A stretch of DNA of 64,000 nt from Pirellulales bacterium. GTDB lineage: Bacteria > Planctomycetota > Planctomycetia > Pirellulales > PALSA-1355. The position numbers and the translations under genes are program-made. Below, piece after piece: positions 24,094 through 34,743 of the stretch (the stretch's first letter is position 1; each line of letters starts with the position of its first letter). A model generated the notes under the pieces. It ran no database searches, was not told the origin of the DNA, and was given only the letters and a program-made list of their open reading frames with translations. The stretch is taken from positions 416,001 through 480,000 of the forward strand of contig CAVTBU010000006.1 of assembly GCA_963733035.1 (NCBI GenBank). The letters are read 5' to 3'.

Positions 24094-24378
24094 TCATTCC
24101 TCAGGATTCGAGGAATCGGTCAGCAATTTCGGTGGCGGCTTAACGATTCGGCGTCGGACGCCTGCCAACATAGCGCGATACACGCGTTCGGTAGCGATGA
24201 TTTCAATAACCGCTTCGAGTTCCGCGGTAAAAATCGTCGAGCGAGTGATCGTGGCTCGATCGCGCTGCTCGGTGCGAGGCGCCTCCACGTAGGGATCCGC
24301 GTCGAACTTGATGAGCGATCCTGGATGCGCTCCCTCGATCTTATTCTTTGCTTGCCGTCTCCGTTTTGATTTTGCCAT
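24094..24378 (-). CDS. Possible small hypothetical protein
   Basis: ATG-started 94-aa ORF (MAKSKRRRQ...) filling a 500-bp gap; no family motif. Confidence 0.3.
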   Translation of the reverse strand: MAKSKRRRQAKNKIEGAHPGSLIKFDADPYVEAPRTEQRDRATITRSTIFTAELEAVIEIIATERVYRAMLAGVRRRIVKPPPKLLTDSSNPEE

Positions 24379-24555
24379 AGCTGACGAACACCACAGAATG
24401 CAGACGAGGGCGAACGCTTTCCAGCAGCTTTCCGGGGAAAACACCTGTGACCCACCTGGACAACTAGCAAGCCTCCACGGGCGAAATTCGCACACACCGT
24501 CTTAGTATAGCAGCTACGGCTACCGCCGTACGATTCGAAGCTCCCGTCGCGCCTG

Positions 24556-25275
24556 CTACTGTCGGCGATTCCAGTCTTGTTGACCATAGCGCTCCACCAC
24601 GGCGGCGGCTACTTGTTCGCGCGGACAGTCGGTCCGCGCGTCAGGTGCCCCCCAGGCCCCGATTACGGCGCTACGCAGCTCCTCGCCCGATAGCGGAAGG
24701 TTGGTGATGAACTCCCGATGGTCGCGGTCGAGGCGATAGTCGGGTTGTCGAGGCGGCATCTTCAGGTATTGGCTGACGACCTCCAACGGAAAGTCGTACA
24801 ACAGCGTGCCGTGATACAATAGCGCGTTTCGCCGGCAACGGAGGCTGTTGCCGGAGAACTTCTGCGGTCCCAGCGTCAGGTCGCTCGTCCCTTGTCGGCT
24901 CACGCCAGGAAGCAACGGACGCAAACCTCGAACGAGCGTCTCCAACACGAAGCGATGGGTTTCATCGAGCATTCGCAATTCGGGCCGAAGTTGGTAGCTG
25001 AGTACGACCGCATACATCAAGCACCCTGGCCCCGCGACGACCGCGCAACCGCCGCTGGTGCGTCGAAGCACGGGAATGCCGGCCGCATGGCAGGCGTCTT
25101 CATGCACCTCCAACGCGAGCCGCGAATTCCGACCCACAACTACCATCGGTCGAGTGGACTCCCACAACCGCAAACACTCACGCGGCTCGCTGGCTCGCTC
25201 TGCGTCGTCGAGCAGGACCTCGTCCAATGCCAGATTTTCCTCCGGCGTATCGAGCGTCAATTCGAGAAGATCCAT
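24556..25275 (-). CDS. Lipoate-protein ligase A family protein
   Basis: NLALDEVLL, LRLWE, VLRRTSGGCAV, KFSGNS, HGTLL. Confidence 0.92.
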   Translation of the reverse strand: MDLLELTLDTPEENLALDEVLLDDAERASEPRECLRLWESTRPMVVVGRNSRLALEVHEDACHAAGIPVLRRTSGGCAVVAGPGCLMYAVVLSYQLRPELRMLDETHRFVLETLVRGLRPLLPGVSRQGTSDLTLGPQKFSGNSLRCRRNALLYHGTLLYDFPLEVVSQYLKMPPRQPDYRLDRDHREFITNLPLSGEELRSAVIGAWGAPDARTDCPREQVAAAVVERYGQQDWNRRQ

Positions 25276-25402
25276 GGGTTTCACAAGCAGCGTGGCCCAG
25301 CCCAGGCCGAGCTTCGAGCCGGCCCTACGAGGGCGCCCATCTGTGCATTGAAGCGGTGTTTTGGGAAACGCGTCGCGAAAACGCGGGGCAATTGGCCCAC
25401 GC

Positions 25403-25430
25403 TTGACGCCCGGCCGCGCCACCCTAAACT
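25403..25430 (+). promoter_or_regulatory. Putative sigma70 promoter
   Basis: TTGACG-N16-TAAACT, 35 bp upstream of ATG 25466. Confidence 0.45.
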
Positions 25431-25465
25431 TAGGTTATTGCCGATCTTCCGTCCGAGTTCCAGCC

Positions 25466-26490
25466 ATGTCTTCTGACCCCTCTCGCTCGCCGGGCGTCTC
25501 GCCCGACGACGCTTTGCCGCCGGTCGAACCGCCCAGCGCCGGCTTTATCGTGCAACTTTTTGTCGTGCCTGGCGTGATCGTCGTCGTCGTGGTCATGATC
25601 TGGGTGCTGTTCAACTGGCTCGCCCAAAAGGGGAATGACCGGGATGCGTTCGTGCGGGCACTATCGCGCAACAACGAAGCCCGTTGGCAGGCCGCGTTCA
25701 ATTTGGCCAATGCACTGCGGGCGGAGCGCGGCGACACGACCCCCACGCTGAAAACCGACCCCAAACTGGCCCAGGAACTTGCCGACATACTCCACCGGGA
25801 AATCGAGGCGGGCAGCCTGGAGGAGAATCCGCTGACGTTGCGGATTTACCTTTGCCGCGCGCTCGGGGAGTTTCAGGTTCCCGATGGATTGCCCGCTCTG
25901 ATCGAGGCAGCCAAGACAGTGCGCGATGAACCGGAACAAGACGTTCGCCGCGCGGCGCTCGAAGGCATCGCCATGCTTGCCGATAACGTTGGACCGAAGC
26001 AGGAAGCGATTGCCAAGAATTCCAAGCTCGAGGAAGTCTTGCTTGACGCAGCGGCCGATGTCGATCCGCGTACACGCAGCGTGGCTGCGGTTGGCTTGGG
26101 CGTGATTGGCACCCCGGACATGATTGCGAAGCTGCATTTCATGCTCAGCGACGCCAACCCTGATGTGCGCTACAATGCGGCGGCGCGGTTGCGCAAAGGG
26201 GCGATGCGGCGGCTGTACCAGTGCTAGTGGAAATGCTTGACCAGAACGAGACGGCTGGCGTCGACATCGAAAAGGAAGAGAAGATGCGGCCGTTTAAACG
26301 CGCGTTGATTACCATCAACGCACTGCGCGCCGCCGGTCAACTGGCTGACAAGAATGAGGGTGCGGACCTGTCGTCGCTCGAAGAAGCGATCGAAAAATTG
26401 CTTGCCGGAGAAGCTTCGCGCGAGACACGCGTCGAGGCTTTGGCGGCTCAACAGCACTTCGTGAAACGCGGCGCGACAAGCCTCGATTGA
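25466..26490 (+). CDS. Membrane-anchored HEAT-repeat protein, frameshift near 26195
   Basis: TM segment then HEAT repeats (RWQAAFNL, DVRRAAL, LSDANPDVRYNAA); continues in ORF 26221..26490. Confidence 0.8.
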
Positions 26491-26943
26491 CCGTCGTTCC
26501 GATCGTGACGGTAATACCGACTGGAAGTCGTTCGGCGCCGCCTCTGGGGCGTCGTGATGTCCGGCGAGCGACGAGTGTCGCGCTTTGCAAGGTGCGTGCC
26601 GGCGGTGCCAGCAGAAATGTATGTTAGACCTTGACGACTGGGTAATATGCAAATCGTAAATTATTGTAAGATAACAGCTTACGGATATCAATCCAAAGTC
26701 ATGGTCGGACGTAAGTCCGCGCCGACTTGAAATTTTTTTTCCGGCCGCAAGTCGTTCTGCGAGCGATACTTTGCGAGAGGATTCGGTGTCGGGGGCCGGG
26801 AAGCAATTTGCTTGCCAGACTTCCGTCCGCCAGATTGTAGGTGTGCCTTGCGTTTTAGTAAGCAATGCGCGCCGTGATCCAAAACTGAAATAAATCGCTT
26901 CGCTTTTCGCACCCTAACAAATGCTCGTCGGCGAGCAGGATGG

Positions 26944-28353
26944 ATGGAAATGGTTCGGGCAATCGCATTCTTAATTCCACTCGTGTCTGCTACGTGCGTC
27001 CTGGCGCAGGATTTCTGCCAGGAGTACCGTTTGGTGTACGAGACGGTTTACGACCAGCAGGAAGTCACCGCCTATCGCATCGAAAACGAAACGGTGTACA
27101 CCGAACAGAAGCAAACGTCGTACCGTCCGGTTTACGAGACCGAGGTGCGCGAACGGCGTTATACCGTTTCTCGCCCGGTGACCGAGACGAGCGAACGCGA
27201 AGATCGCTATAAGGTAATGCGTCCCGTGTGGGAAACGCAGATGCGCGACACGAGCTACGACGTCGTGCGGCAGGTAGCCGAAACGAGTGAGCGTGAAGAG
27301 CGCTACACGGTGCAGCGCCCCGTTTACGAAACGCAGGAGCGTGAAGAGCGCTACACCGTCCAGCGTCCGGTTTGCGAAACTCAAGAGCGCGAAGAAGCTT
27401 ACACGGTGATGGAGCCCGTCACCACCTACACGACGAACTACGTCGACCAGGGGCAGTTTGTCGATCAGGTTGCCGTCACACCCGGTCCCACCCGCACGCG
27501 GCTTCGTTGGCTGCCGAGCACTTGTGCAATTGACCCGCTCACCGGCGCCTCGGTGCCCACCCGCGGTGGATTGGCCTGGGTTCCGGAGCAAGCGCCCGCC
27601 ACGGTGCAGGCCTTCAAGGTCTGGCAGCCGAACGTCGTCGCCCAGCAAGTTCCCCAAACGCAGTACGTGCAGCGGGTCGTGACCCGCAAGGTGCCCGTGC
27701 AGGTGCAAAAAATGGTGGCCGAGGAAGTCGTGCGGAAAGTTCCGGTGCAGGTCTGTCGCATGGTGCAGGAGGAGCAGGTGCGCCGTGTCCCGGTTACTAC
27801 GTATCGTCAGGTGGTCGAACGCGTGCAGCAGCAAACGCCCGTGCAGGTCTGCAAGATGGTCGAAGAAGAAGTCGTGCGAAAAGTGCCCGTCACGACTTGC
27901 CGGATGGTGACCGAAGAACGGGTCGAGCAGATTCCAGTCAAGGTGTGCAAAATGGTGGCCGTCGAACAAACGGTCCGCGTGCCGCACGTCGTCGAGAAAC
28001 GCGTGCCGGTCACTTATGTGCAGCGTGTGCCGCGTGTCGTGGTGATGCGAGTGCCGGTCGATCCGTGTCCGCCGACGCCGTGCTGTGGCGCGTCGGCGAT
28101 GGCGGTTCCTTCGGCAACCGTATCTCCGGCACCAAGCTATGCACCGTCGACTCCCGCCCCGACTGGCACGTTCCAACCGACGCAGCCGAGTCCGTCAGGT
28201 ACGCCGACGCCCGCCACTCCGCGTGGCGATAGCCAGCGGCCGACTGAAGCGGAGGAGCAACCGGAACTCCCAAACGATGCCTTCGAAGGGCCCGTTGATG
28301 AGGAGGCGAAGCCGCAAAACACCACGCCGAGCGACGTGACGAACCAAACCTAG
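26944..28353 (+). CDS. YTV-repeat planctomycete envelope protein
   Basis: Signal peptide; repeats ERYTVQRPVYET and VRKVPVQVCRMV; Pro/Thr-rich tail. Confidence 0.8.
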   Translation: MEMVRAIAFLIPLVSATCVLAQDFCQEYRLVYETVYDQQEVTAYRIENETVYTEQKQTSYRPVYETEVRERRYTVSRPVTETSEREDRYKVMRPVWETQMRDTSYDVVRQVAETSEREERYTVQRPVYETQEREERYTVQRPVCETQEREEAYTVMEPVTTYTTNYVDQGQFVDQVAVTPGPTRTRLRWLPSTCAIDPLTGASVPTRGGLAWVPEQAPATVQAFKVWQPNVVAQQVPQTQYVQRVVTRKVPVQVQKMVAEEVVRKVPVQVCRMVQEEQVRRVPVTTYRQVVERVQQQTPVQVCKMVEEEVVRKVPVTTCRMVTEERVEQIPVKVCKMVAVEQTVRVPHVVEKRVPVTYVQRVPRVVVMRVPVDPCPPTPCCGASAMAVPSATVSPAPSYAPSTPAPTGTFQPTQPSPSGTPTPATPRGDSQRPTEAEEQPELPNDAFEGPVDEEAKPQNTTPSDVTNQT

Positions 28354-28383
28354 CTTGTCACGCGATTGGCATGTGAACGGACC

Positions 28384-28418
28384 AGGGCACCGATCGCCGC
28401 CGCGGCCGGTGCCTTTTT
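28384..28418 (+). terminator. Intrinsic terminator after the YTV gene
   Basis: GGCACCG...CGGTGCC stem followed by TTTTT. Confidence 0.7.
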
Positions 28419-28448
28419 CGTGTCAACCGCAAACAATTGGCCCGCGCG

Positions 28449-28670
28449 ATGGCTCCCAGAGAACTGTTCGGAGTCGGAGTCCGATTGACCGGCCTGGTGG
28501 CCGCGGTTGGGGCGCTGCCGGCCTTGCTCGGCATTCCGCTAAATGTCGGTGCCGCGGCTCAGGTTGTGCTCGGCCTGATTCTGATCACCAGAGCCGAGAT
28601 GGTGGTCGACTTGAGCTATGGGACAGACCGAAGGAAAGCACTTGACGACAAAGATGACCACCGATCGTAG
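28449..28670 (+). CDS. Small membrane protein
   Basis: 73 aa, two hydrophobic segments. Confidence 0.55.
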   Translation: MAPRELFGVGVRLTGLVAAVGALPALLGIPLNVGAAAQVVLGLILITRAEMVVDLSYGTDRRKALDDKDDHRS

Positions 28671-28858
28671 TGCATCCTGCAACCGGGCCGTCCGGTAGCC
28701 GGAGGGTCCATCGCGTTCGCGACCGATTTGACAGTCGCTTGCCCGTTCGTCAGACTGGCCCCTCGCCGTCGTTTGAGACTCCAACTGCTTTGTGTTTCCA
28801 TCGAGATGTGGCCGGCGGGTTGTCCCTCAGACGACGGTTTCGACAAAAGGATTTCGCA

Positions 28859-30067
28859 ATGACTTCTCGCACGGCCGCCGCATCGGAGAGGGGCGTTCTT
28901 GCCGGGCAGCGCGTGGCGCTCGTCGGCAAACTTGCGGGAATGTCGAAACGCGAAGCCCAGCAACTCGTTCGAGAGCACGGCGGCGCGACGACGGACCGCG
29001 CCGACGCGGATACTACGCTCGTTGTCGTGGGGGAGAAAGACGCGGCTTATGCCACGACTGCGGCTCGTGCGGCCCTCGATGACGCCGCCAGTCAAGCATT
29101 GCAGCGCGGAACACTCTCCATCATCAGCGAGTCGCAACTTTGGCAGCAACTAGGGCTGGTCGACTGCCAGCACGAAGCCCAGCAACTCTACACGCCCGCG
29201 ATGTTGGCCGGACTGGTGGGTGCCAGCGTCTCGACGATCCGTCGTTGGCAGCGACACGGCTGGCTGATTCCCAAGCGCGAGGTGCGCCGATTGGCGTATT
29301 TCGACTTTCAAGAGGTGGCGACTGCCAGACGCTTGCAGGAATTGCTCGCCGCTGGCATGACTCCCCCGGCCATCGGCAAAACGCTCGCGACTCTCGCACG
29401 TCAATTACCCGAATTCAAAAGGCCGCTTGCTGAACTATCGATCGTCGTGCAAGGAAAGCAATTGCTCGTACGGCAGGACGGTGGTTTGATCGAACCGGGC
29501 GGGCAGCTGCGGTTCGACTTTGAAGCCGCCAGCGAAGTATCCACAGCCGACACCCCTTCTCGGCCCAGCAACGCGGCCGAAATCTTGTCGTTCGCCCCAA
29601 TCGCCAATTCCCCGGCTTCGTCGGAACAACTGGTCGAAGCGGCCATCCAACTCGAAGAGCAAGGTGAGTCCCTGGCCGCTACCGAAATGTATCGTGCGGC
29701 GCTCGCCGCGGGAGGGCCGAGTGCGGAGACGTGCTTTCTGTTGGCCGAGTTGCTTTACCAATTGCACGACCTATCGGCTGCCCGTGAGCGCTACTACATG
29801 GCCGTGGAACTTGACGAAGACTACGTCGAGGCCCGGGCGAACTTAGGATGCGTGCTGGCAGAGCTGGGGGAACTGGAATTGGCCGTGAGCGCATTCCAGG
29901 GCGCGTTGGCGTTTCACGACGACTATGAGGACGTCCACTATCACCTGGGCCGTACGCTCGATGCGCTTGACCGTCGCGACGAGGCGGATATCCACTGGGA
30001 AGCCTTTTTGAACCTGGCTCCATCGAGCCCCTGGGCCGACGAGGCTCGCGAGCGGTTGGGCCGCTAA
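28859..30067 (+). CDS. BRCT + MerR-type HTH + TPR protein
   Basis: LAGQRVALVGKLAGMSKREAQQLVREHGG (BRCT), YTPAMLAGLVGASVSTIRRWQRHG (MerR HTH), TPRs EARANLG/DVHYHLG. Confidence 0.8.
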   Translation: MTSRTAAASERGVLAGQRVALVGKLAGMSKREAQQLVREHGGATTDRADADTTLVVVGEKDAAYATTAARAALDDAASQALQRGTLSIISESQLWQQLGLVDCQHEAQQLYTPAMLAGLVGASVSTIRRWQRHGWLIPKREVRRLAYFDFQEVATARRLQELLAAGMTPPAIGKTLATLARQLPEFKRPLAELSIVVQGKQLLVRQDGGLIEPGGQLRFDFEAASEVSTADTPSRPSNAAEILSFAPIANSPASSEQLVEAAIQLEEQGESLAATEMYRAALAAGGPSAETCFLLAELLYQLHDLSAARERYYMAVELDEDYVEARANLGCVLAELGELELAVSAFQGALAFHDDYEDVHYHLGRTLDALDRRDEADIHWEAFLNLAPSSPWADEARERLGR

Positions 30068-30297
30068 CTTTCTCCGGCAAAGGCGATTCCGCCCCAGCTC
30101 CGCCATATTTTTCTTGACTATTTGCCGACCTCCTGCCTGGGGCACGCACCTTGGCAAAATTCGGGGGATACCTTATCCTTCCAAGTGCGCCACGGAGGGC
30201 AACCAACGGGACGAAAGGCGGCATCTCGGGTGCTTGGTGGCAGACCCCGGTGGATCTCCTTTCCTGCAGGGCTCTTCCTACGGCAGCACGCTAGGGT

Positions 30298-31659
30298 ATG
30301 AACGAATTTCTGTTTCAGTACCACAAGGTCCACCCGACGACCTGGGTCTATCTGTCGTCGCTGTTGACCATCGGTTTGTTCTTTAAGTTCAGCCGGGTTT
30401 GGAGCGTTCGCAATCTGGACCTGATCGGCTTGATCATGCTGGCTCCCGGCCTGCTAATGGTCGAGTACGGTTTGGCCCAGCACAGCGATCGCATCCAGCA
30501 GGCCGGATATGTCTGGCTGTTCGCCACCGGCGCACTCTTCATGATCCGCTTGCTGCTCGATCCGGTCATGGTCCGCCGCCCCCTGTTGGAACCGAACCTT
30601 TCGGCCGGGGCGATGACGTTCATGGGTGTATCGGCCGTCATTTTCTTGCTGGCCAACGTGCTCAACAGCCAGATGGAGCCCGACGATCTGGCGGGTGTCA
30701 AGGGAGCCGAGCACGTGCAGGCGCTCGAGTCGCCAAGTCCCGAGGAAAAGCAAGATCTAGCGACGCATGGCCCAGGCTATCCGCTGTTGCACCTGTTGCC
30801 GAGTTTGTCGACGCAGGCCCTGCTGATCGAAGACACGGCCCGCCAGACGCCGCAAGAGCGCGACATCCGCCGCGACCGGGTTCGCATTGCCACGGCTCGG
30901 ACGATGGCCATCCTGGCCCAACTGGCGATCGTGGTAGGGATGGTGCTGATCGGCTTCTATCACTTCGACAACATTCGCACAGGGATCGCCGCGGCGACAC
31001 TCTATTTGCTGTTGCCCTATACGGCGCAGCTGACCGGTCGCGTCGGACACGTGGTGCCGGCTGCGCTGCTCATTTGGGCGGTCGTTACCTACCGTAGACC
31101 GTTCATTTCCGGCATGTTCATCGGGCTGGCAATTAGTGCCATTTACTACCCGTTGTTCTTGCTGCCGCTGTGGATGGGCTTCTATTGGCAGCGGGGATTG
31201 CTGCGGTTCTCGGTCGGGGTGGCAACGACGTTGGCCGTTTCCGTGGCATCGCTGGCGTTTATCTCGGATAGCCCGGCGTCGTTCTGGTCGCAGGTACAAC
31301 AGATGTTTGGCTGGACGAGCTTGTCTACCAACAACCTGCAAGGCTTCTGGGGCCTGGAAGTTCTCAATCCTGCCTACCGGTATCCGGTGCTCGTCATGCT
31401 GATCGTGTTTTGCGTTAGCTTGGCGATCTGGCCGGCGCAGAAGAATCTCGGCACGCTGATGAGCTGTTCGGCGGCCGTGATGCTGGCCACACAGTTCTGG
31501 TTGCCCAACGGCGGCGGGCTGTACATGGCCTGGTACCTGCCCCTGACGCTACTGACGATCTTCCGCCCAAACCTCGAAGACCGCGTTGCGCTCTCGGTTT
31601 TGGGCGAGGGCTGGTTTCCCAAGCGCCGCCCTAAATTCGGCGTCGTCCAGGCCGCATAA
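30298..31659 (+). CDS. Polytopic membrane protein, GT-C-fold glycosyltransferase-like
   Basis: About 11 hydrophobic segments, GYPLL and YLLLPYT motifs; family assignment tentative. Confidence 0.6.
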   Translation: MNEFLFQYHKVHPTTWVYLSSLLTIGLFFKFSRVWSVRNLDLIGLIMLAPGLLMVEYGLAQHSDRIQQAGYVWLFATGALFMIRLLLDPVMVRRPLLEPNLSAGAMTFMGVSAVIFLLANVLNSQMEPDDLAGVKGAEHVQALESPSPEEKQDLATHGPGYPLLHLLPSLSTQALLIEDTARQTPQERDIRRDRVRIATARTMAILAQLAIVVGMVLIGFYHFDNIRTGIAAATLYLLLPYTAQLTGRVGHVVPAALLIWAVVTYRRPFISGMFIGLAISAIYYPLFLLPLWMGFYWQRGLLRFSVGVATTLAVSVASLAFISDSPASFWSQVQQMFGWTSLSTNNLQGFWGLEVLNPAYRYPVLVMLIVFCVSLAIWPAQKNLGTLMSCSAAVMLATQFWLPNGGGLYMAWYLPLTLLTIFRPNLEDRVALSVLGEGWFPKRRPKFGVVQAA

Positions 31660-31672
31660 GATGCCAAAACGC

Positions 31673-32908
31673 TTACCGTGCCCCGTCTCGGCGGGCGTCT
31701 AGCGTCTTGGGTTTGCGCTGGGACACGTACCAGTACTTCCAGGCTTTGACGTCGAAGTTGAAGCTGGTGCCACCGGTTAGCTCTACCAGCGATTGCAACA
31801 CGTCGCGGTTTTCGAACGTCCGCTTGACCGTTTGAGTGCTACTTCCACCGAACGTGAACCCGCCGCCACCTCCGCCTTGTCCCGAACTGAACGTGCTCGA
31901 CATCTGTCCCGGCTGCCCCTTCTGAATGACGAATGTATGCGTCGTTACCAGGGCGTCGATCAATGGACTGATGGCCATCGGATCCTTCAGCAAACCAAGT
32001 GCCGCGGCGGCGCGATTGACCACCGCGTTGTCCTTGTTTTTGAGCGCCTGCACATACGTCGCCACGGCCGGCTGGTATTCGCGGGCCAACACTTCATCTC
32101 GCGCCGCGGCGCGAATCTCGTCGTCGCGGTCGTAAAGCGAGACGCCCACCAGAATGTTTAGCGCCGCCGGCACATTGATGTGCCCGAGCGCGTGCAGATA
32201 AAGCATCCGCACGTCCTGACGCGATTCGGTCTCCATGTGTTTGGCCAATGCGTTGACGGCGAACGGATCGTCGATAGCCTTGATACCGGCCACGGCTTCA
32301 GCACCCTTGTCGGTTCCCAGCCAGGTGCTCCACCGCTTGATCTTGGCATGCCATTCGAGTTGCGCCCTGGTGACCTTCTCGCGGCGCTCAAGCAGTTCTT
32401 CCTCTTGAGGCAGCACCCATTTGCCCGGCGCTTGCTTCGATCGGACGTAACCATTCTCGAGCATCACTTGCTCTTGCGTCACCCAGCGGCCGTCGATTTG
32501 GCTGTAGCCCAATCCTCGGCGTGCTTCGGCATGATTCGGATCAAGCTCGATGACGCGCCGCAGGTGCTCTTTGCGCTCTTGATAAAGCTTGTTGTTGCGG
32601 CACCATTCCGACATGATCCAATGTCCCTCGGGGGTATCGGGGCAATCGACCCGATAGCGATCATATTTCATCTCGGCGACACTTTGCGGACGCACCTGAA
32701 CCACTTGGTCGGCATTGAGCACAAGTTGCCCGCCGCTGGTGGTATTAATGATGTACCGCTTGCGGGGCGACTCGTCGCGATTGACGAGTTGGCCGCGCAC
32801 CTCGCCCTGCGTACTGAGTACGAAAACGTCGGCTCGCACTGGCAAAGACCAGGCGATGCCGATTGGCAATAGCGCGGCAATGGCGCGGAAGATTCCGGTG
32901 CGTGCCAT
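31673..32908 (-). CDS. Exported HEAT-repeat protein
   Basis: Signal peptide, ARRGLGY...GRWVT, HEAT VVNRAAAALG...AISPLIDAL. Confidence 0.75.
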   Translation of the reverse strand: MARTGIFRAIAALLPIGIAWSLPVRADVFVLSTQGEVRGQLVNRDESPRKRYIINTTSGGQLVLNADQVVQVRPQSVAEMKYDRYRVDCPDTPEGHWIMSEWCRNNKLYQERKEHLRRVIELDPNHAEARRGLGYSQIDGRWVTQEQVMLENGYVRSKQAPGKWVLPQEEELLERREKVTRAQLEWHAKIKRWSTWLGTDKGAEAVAGIKAIDDPFAVNALAKHMETESRQDVRMLYLHALGHINVPAALNILVGVSLYDRDDEIRAAARDEVLAREYQPAVATYVQALKNKDNAVVNRAAAALGLLKDPMAISPLIDALVTTHTFVIQKGQPGQMSSTFSSGQGGGGGGFTFGGSSTQTVKRTFENRDVLQSLVELTGGTSFNFDVKAWKYWYVSQRKPKTLDARRDGAR

Positions 32909-33063
32909 GACACTCCCGGCGATGCGTCGTAAACTCAAATGGGAAGTCGCCCTCCGTTTCAGTATACTTGGCGCGGCGATCCCTGGCGAACTTTGTCCAC
33001 TTGCCCGACGGCCGATTCTGCCGGTTTTGGCCCTTATTCCAACGACCCTTTGCGAGATCTCGC

Positions 33064-33573
33064 ATGAGTCAGGTTCCCGCTGAGCATCGAGCTACCGCCC
33101 CCGATCGGGTCACCTGCGCCGTCGTTACGGTGAGCGATACCCGGACACCCGAGACCGACACCGGCGGCCAGGCGGTCCACGACTTGCTGGTTGCGGCGGG
33201 CTTCGAAGTGACGGACCGGGAAATCATCCGCGACGAACCCGAACTGATGCAACTGCTCCTGGAGCGTTTTCGAGACGACCAGGCGGTCGACGCCGTACTG
33301 CTCACGGGCGGTACCGGCCTGAGCAGCCGCGATCAGACGTACGAGACCGTCAACTCGCTGCTCACCAAGGCGCTGCCCGGCTACGGCGAACTGTTTCGCA
33401 TGCTGAGCTATCAGGAGGTTGGTGCCGCCGCCATGCTCAGTCGAGCCGCAGCCGGACTCATGCAACGCACGGTAGTAATGACCATGCCAGGGTCACCCGG
33501 CGCGGTACGGTTGGCAATGGAAAAGCTCATTGTCCCCGAGCTCCGGCATCTTGTCCGCGAAGCCCGCCGCTAG
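33064..33573 (+). CDS. moaB: Molybdenum cofactor biosynthesis protein, MoaB/MogA family
   Basis: VVTVSDTRT, LTGGTG, LPGYGELFR, AMLSRA, MPGS. Confidence 0.93.
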   Translation: MSQVPAEHRATAPDRVTCAVVTVSDTRTPETDTGGQAVHDLLVAAGFEVTDREIIRDEPELMQLLLERFRDDQAVDAVLLTGGTGLSSRDQTYETVNSLLTKALPGYGELFRMLSYQEVGAAAMLSRAAAGLMQRTVVMTMPGSPGAVRLAMEKLIVPELRHLVREARR

Positions 33574-33720
33574 CACTGGCGCATGGGCAAAACTGCCCTG
33601 GAGCCAACGCGGGCATTCGTTTAACGTACCCGCCCCAATTCTGCCTGCTAGCGACCAGGACTGCAGGAGGTAGTCCACGCAGGGGCAGCTTGAGTTACTC
33701 GTGCCCACGGAGGGGCTTCC

Positions 33721-34704
33721 ATGCGCCGATTCGTGCTGCTCGTTGCCGGGCTAGCGGTTGCCGCCGGCGGCTGGCTATTTTCGCAGAACTTCAAGATCGA
33801 GGGGCTTGAGAATCTTTCGCTCTCGCCACGCGGTGTGGGCAACCCCGATCAAGGCTACAACGCCAATTTGCCAGGGGTCGCACGAAACGGCAATTCCATT
33901 CGCATCGCGTCGTTCAATATCCAGGTGTTCGGCGAGAAGAAGCTGTCGAAACCTCGCGTGACGGCGCTGCTAGCCGAAATTGTGCGTCAGTTCGACATCG
34001 TGGCGATCCAAGAGGTTCGCTCGAAGCAGGACATCATGCCACAGTTCATCGACCAGGTGAACGCGACGGGCAGGCACTACGACTATGTCATTGGTCCGCG
34101 GCTCGGGCGCACGTCGAGCAAGGAACAATATGTATTCGTGTTCGACACGGCTAGCATCGAGATCGACCGCTCGGCACTGTACACTGTTTCCGATCCCGAC
34201 GATCTGTTGCACCGCGAGCCGCTGGTCGGTTGGTTCCGCGTGCGAGGGCCGCCGCCCAACGAAGCCTTCACCTTTTCGCTGGTCAACATTCACACCGATC
34301 CTGACGAGACCAAGCAGGAGCTCGATGCGCTGGCCGACGTATTTCGTGCGGTCCGAGACGACGGGCGGGGCGAAGACGACGTGATCATTCTCGGCGACCT
34401 AAACGTCGATGAGCAGCACCTCGGTCGCCTGGGCCAAATCTCGAACATCCATTGGGCCGTCTCAGGCGTACCCACCAATACCCGGCAAGACAAGCAATAC
34501 GACAACATCGTGTTCTCGGACATTGCCACAACCGAGTATACCGGGCGCTGGGGAGTGTTCGACATGATACGGCAATTCAACCTCACGACCGACGAGGCCC
34601 TGGAGGTTTCGGACCACATGCCAGTCTGGGCTGAGTTCAGTTTGCGCGAGGGCGGTCAGCCGGGCCGGGTGGCCGCGCGTCCGTTTGATTCGGAGACGCG
34701 ATAG
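33721..34704 (+). CDS. Exported/membrane-anchored endonuclease/exonuclease/phosphatase (DNase I-like)
   Basis: IASFNIQ, AIQEV, ILGDLN, YDNI, SDHMPV. Confidence 0.9.
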   Translation: MRRFVLLVAGLAVAAGGWLFSQNFKIEGLENLSLSPRGVGNPDQGYNANLPGVARNGNSIRIASFNIQVFGEKKLSKPRVTALLAEIVRQFDIVAIQEVRSKQDIMPQFIDQVNATGRHYDYVIGPRLGRTSSKEQYVFVFDTASIEIDRSALYTVSDPDDLLHREPLVGWFRVRGPPPNEAFTFSLVNIHTDPDETKQELDALADVFRAVRDDGRGEDDVIILGDLNVDEQHLGRLGQISNIHWAVSGVPTNTRQDKQYDNIVFSDIATTEYTGRWGVFDMIRQFNLTTDEALEVSDHMPVWAEFSLREGGQPGRVAARPFDSETR

Positions 34705-34743
34705 GGTTTTTCGCGCTTGCGGGAATGTCGTAGACTGGCGCGT

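Noticed and set aside
27280..27410. ~45-bp DNA repeats as CRISPR or VNTR
   Set aside because: They are in-frame coding repeats of the YTV protein.
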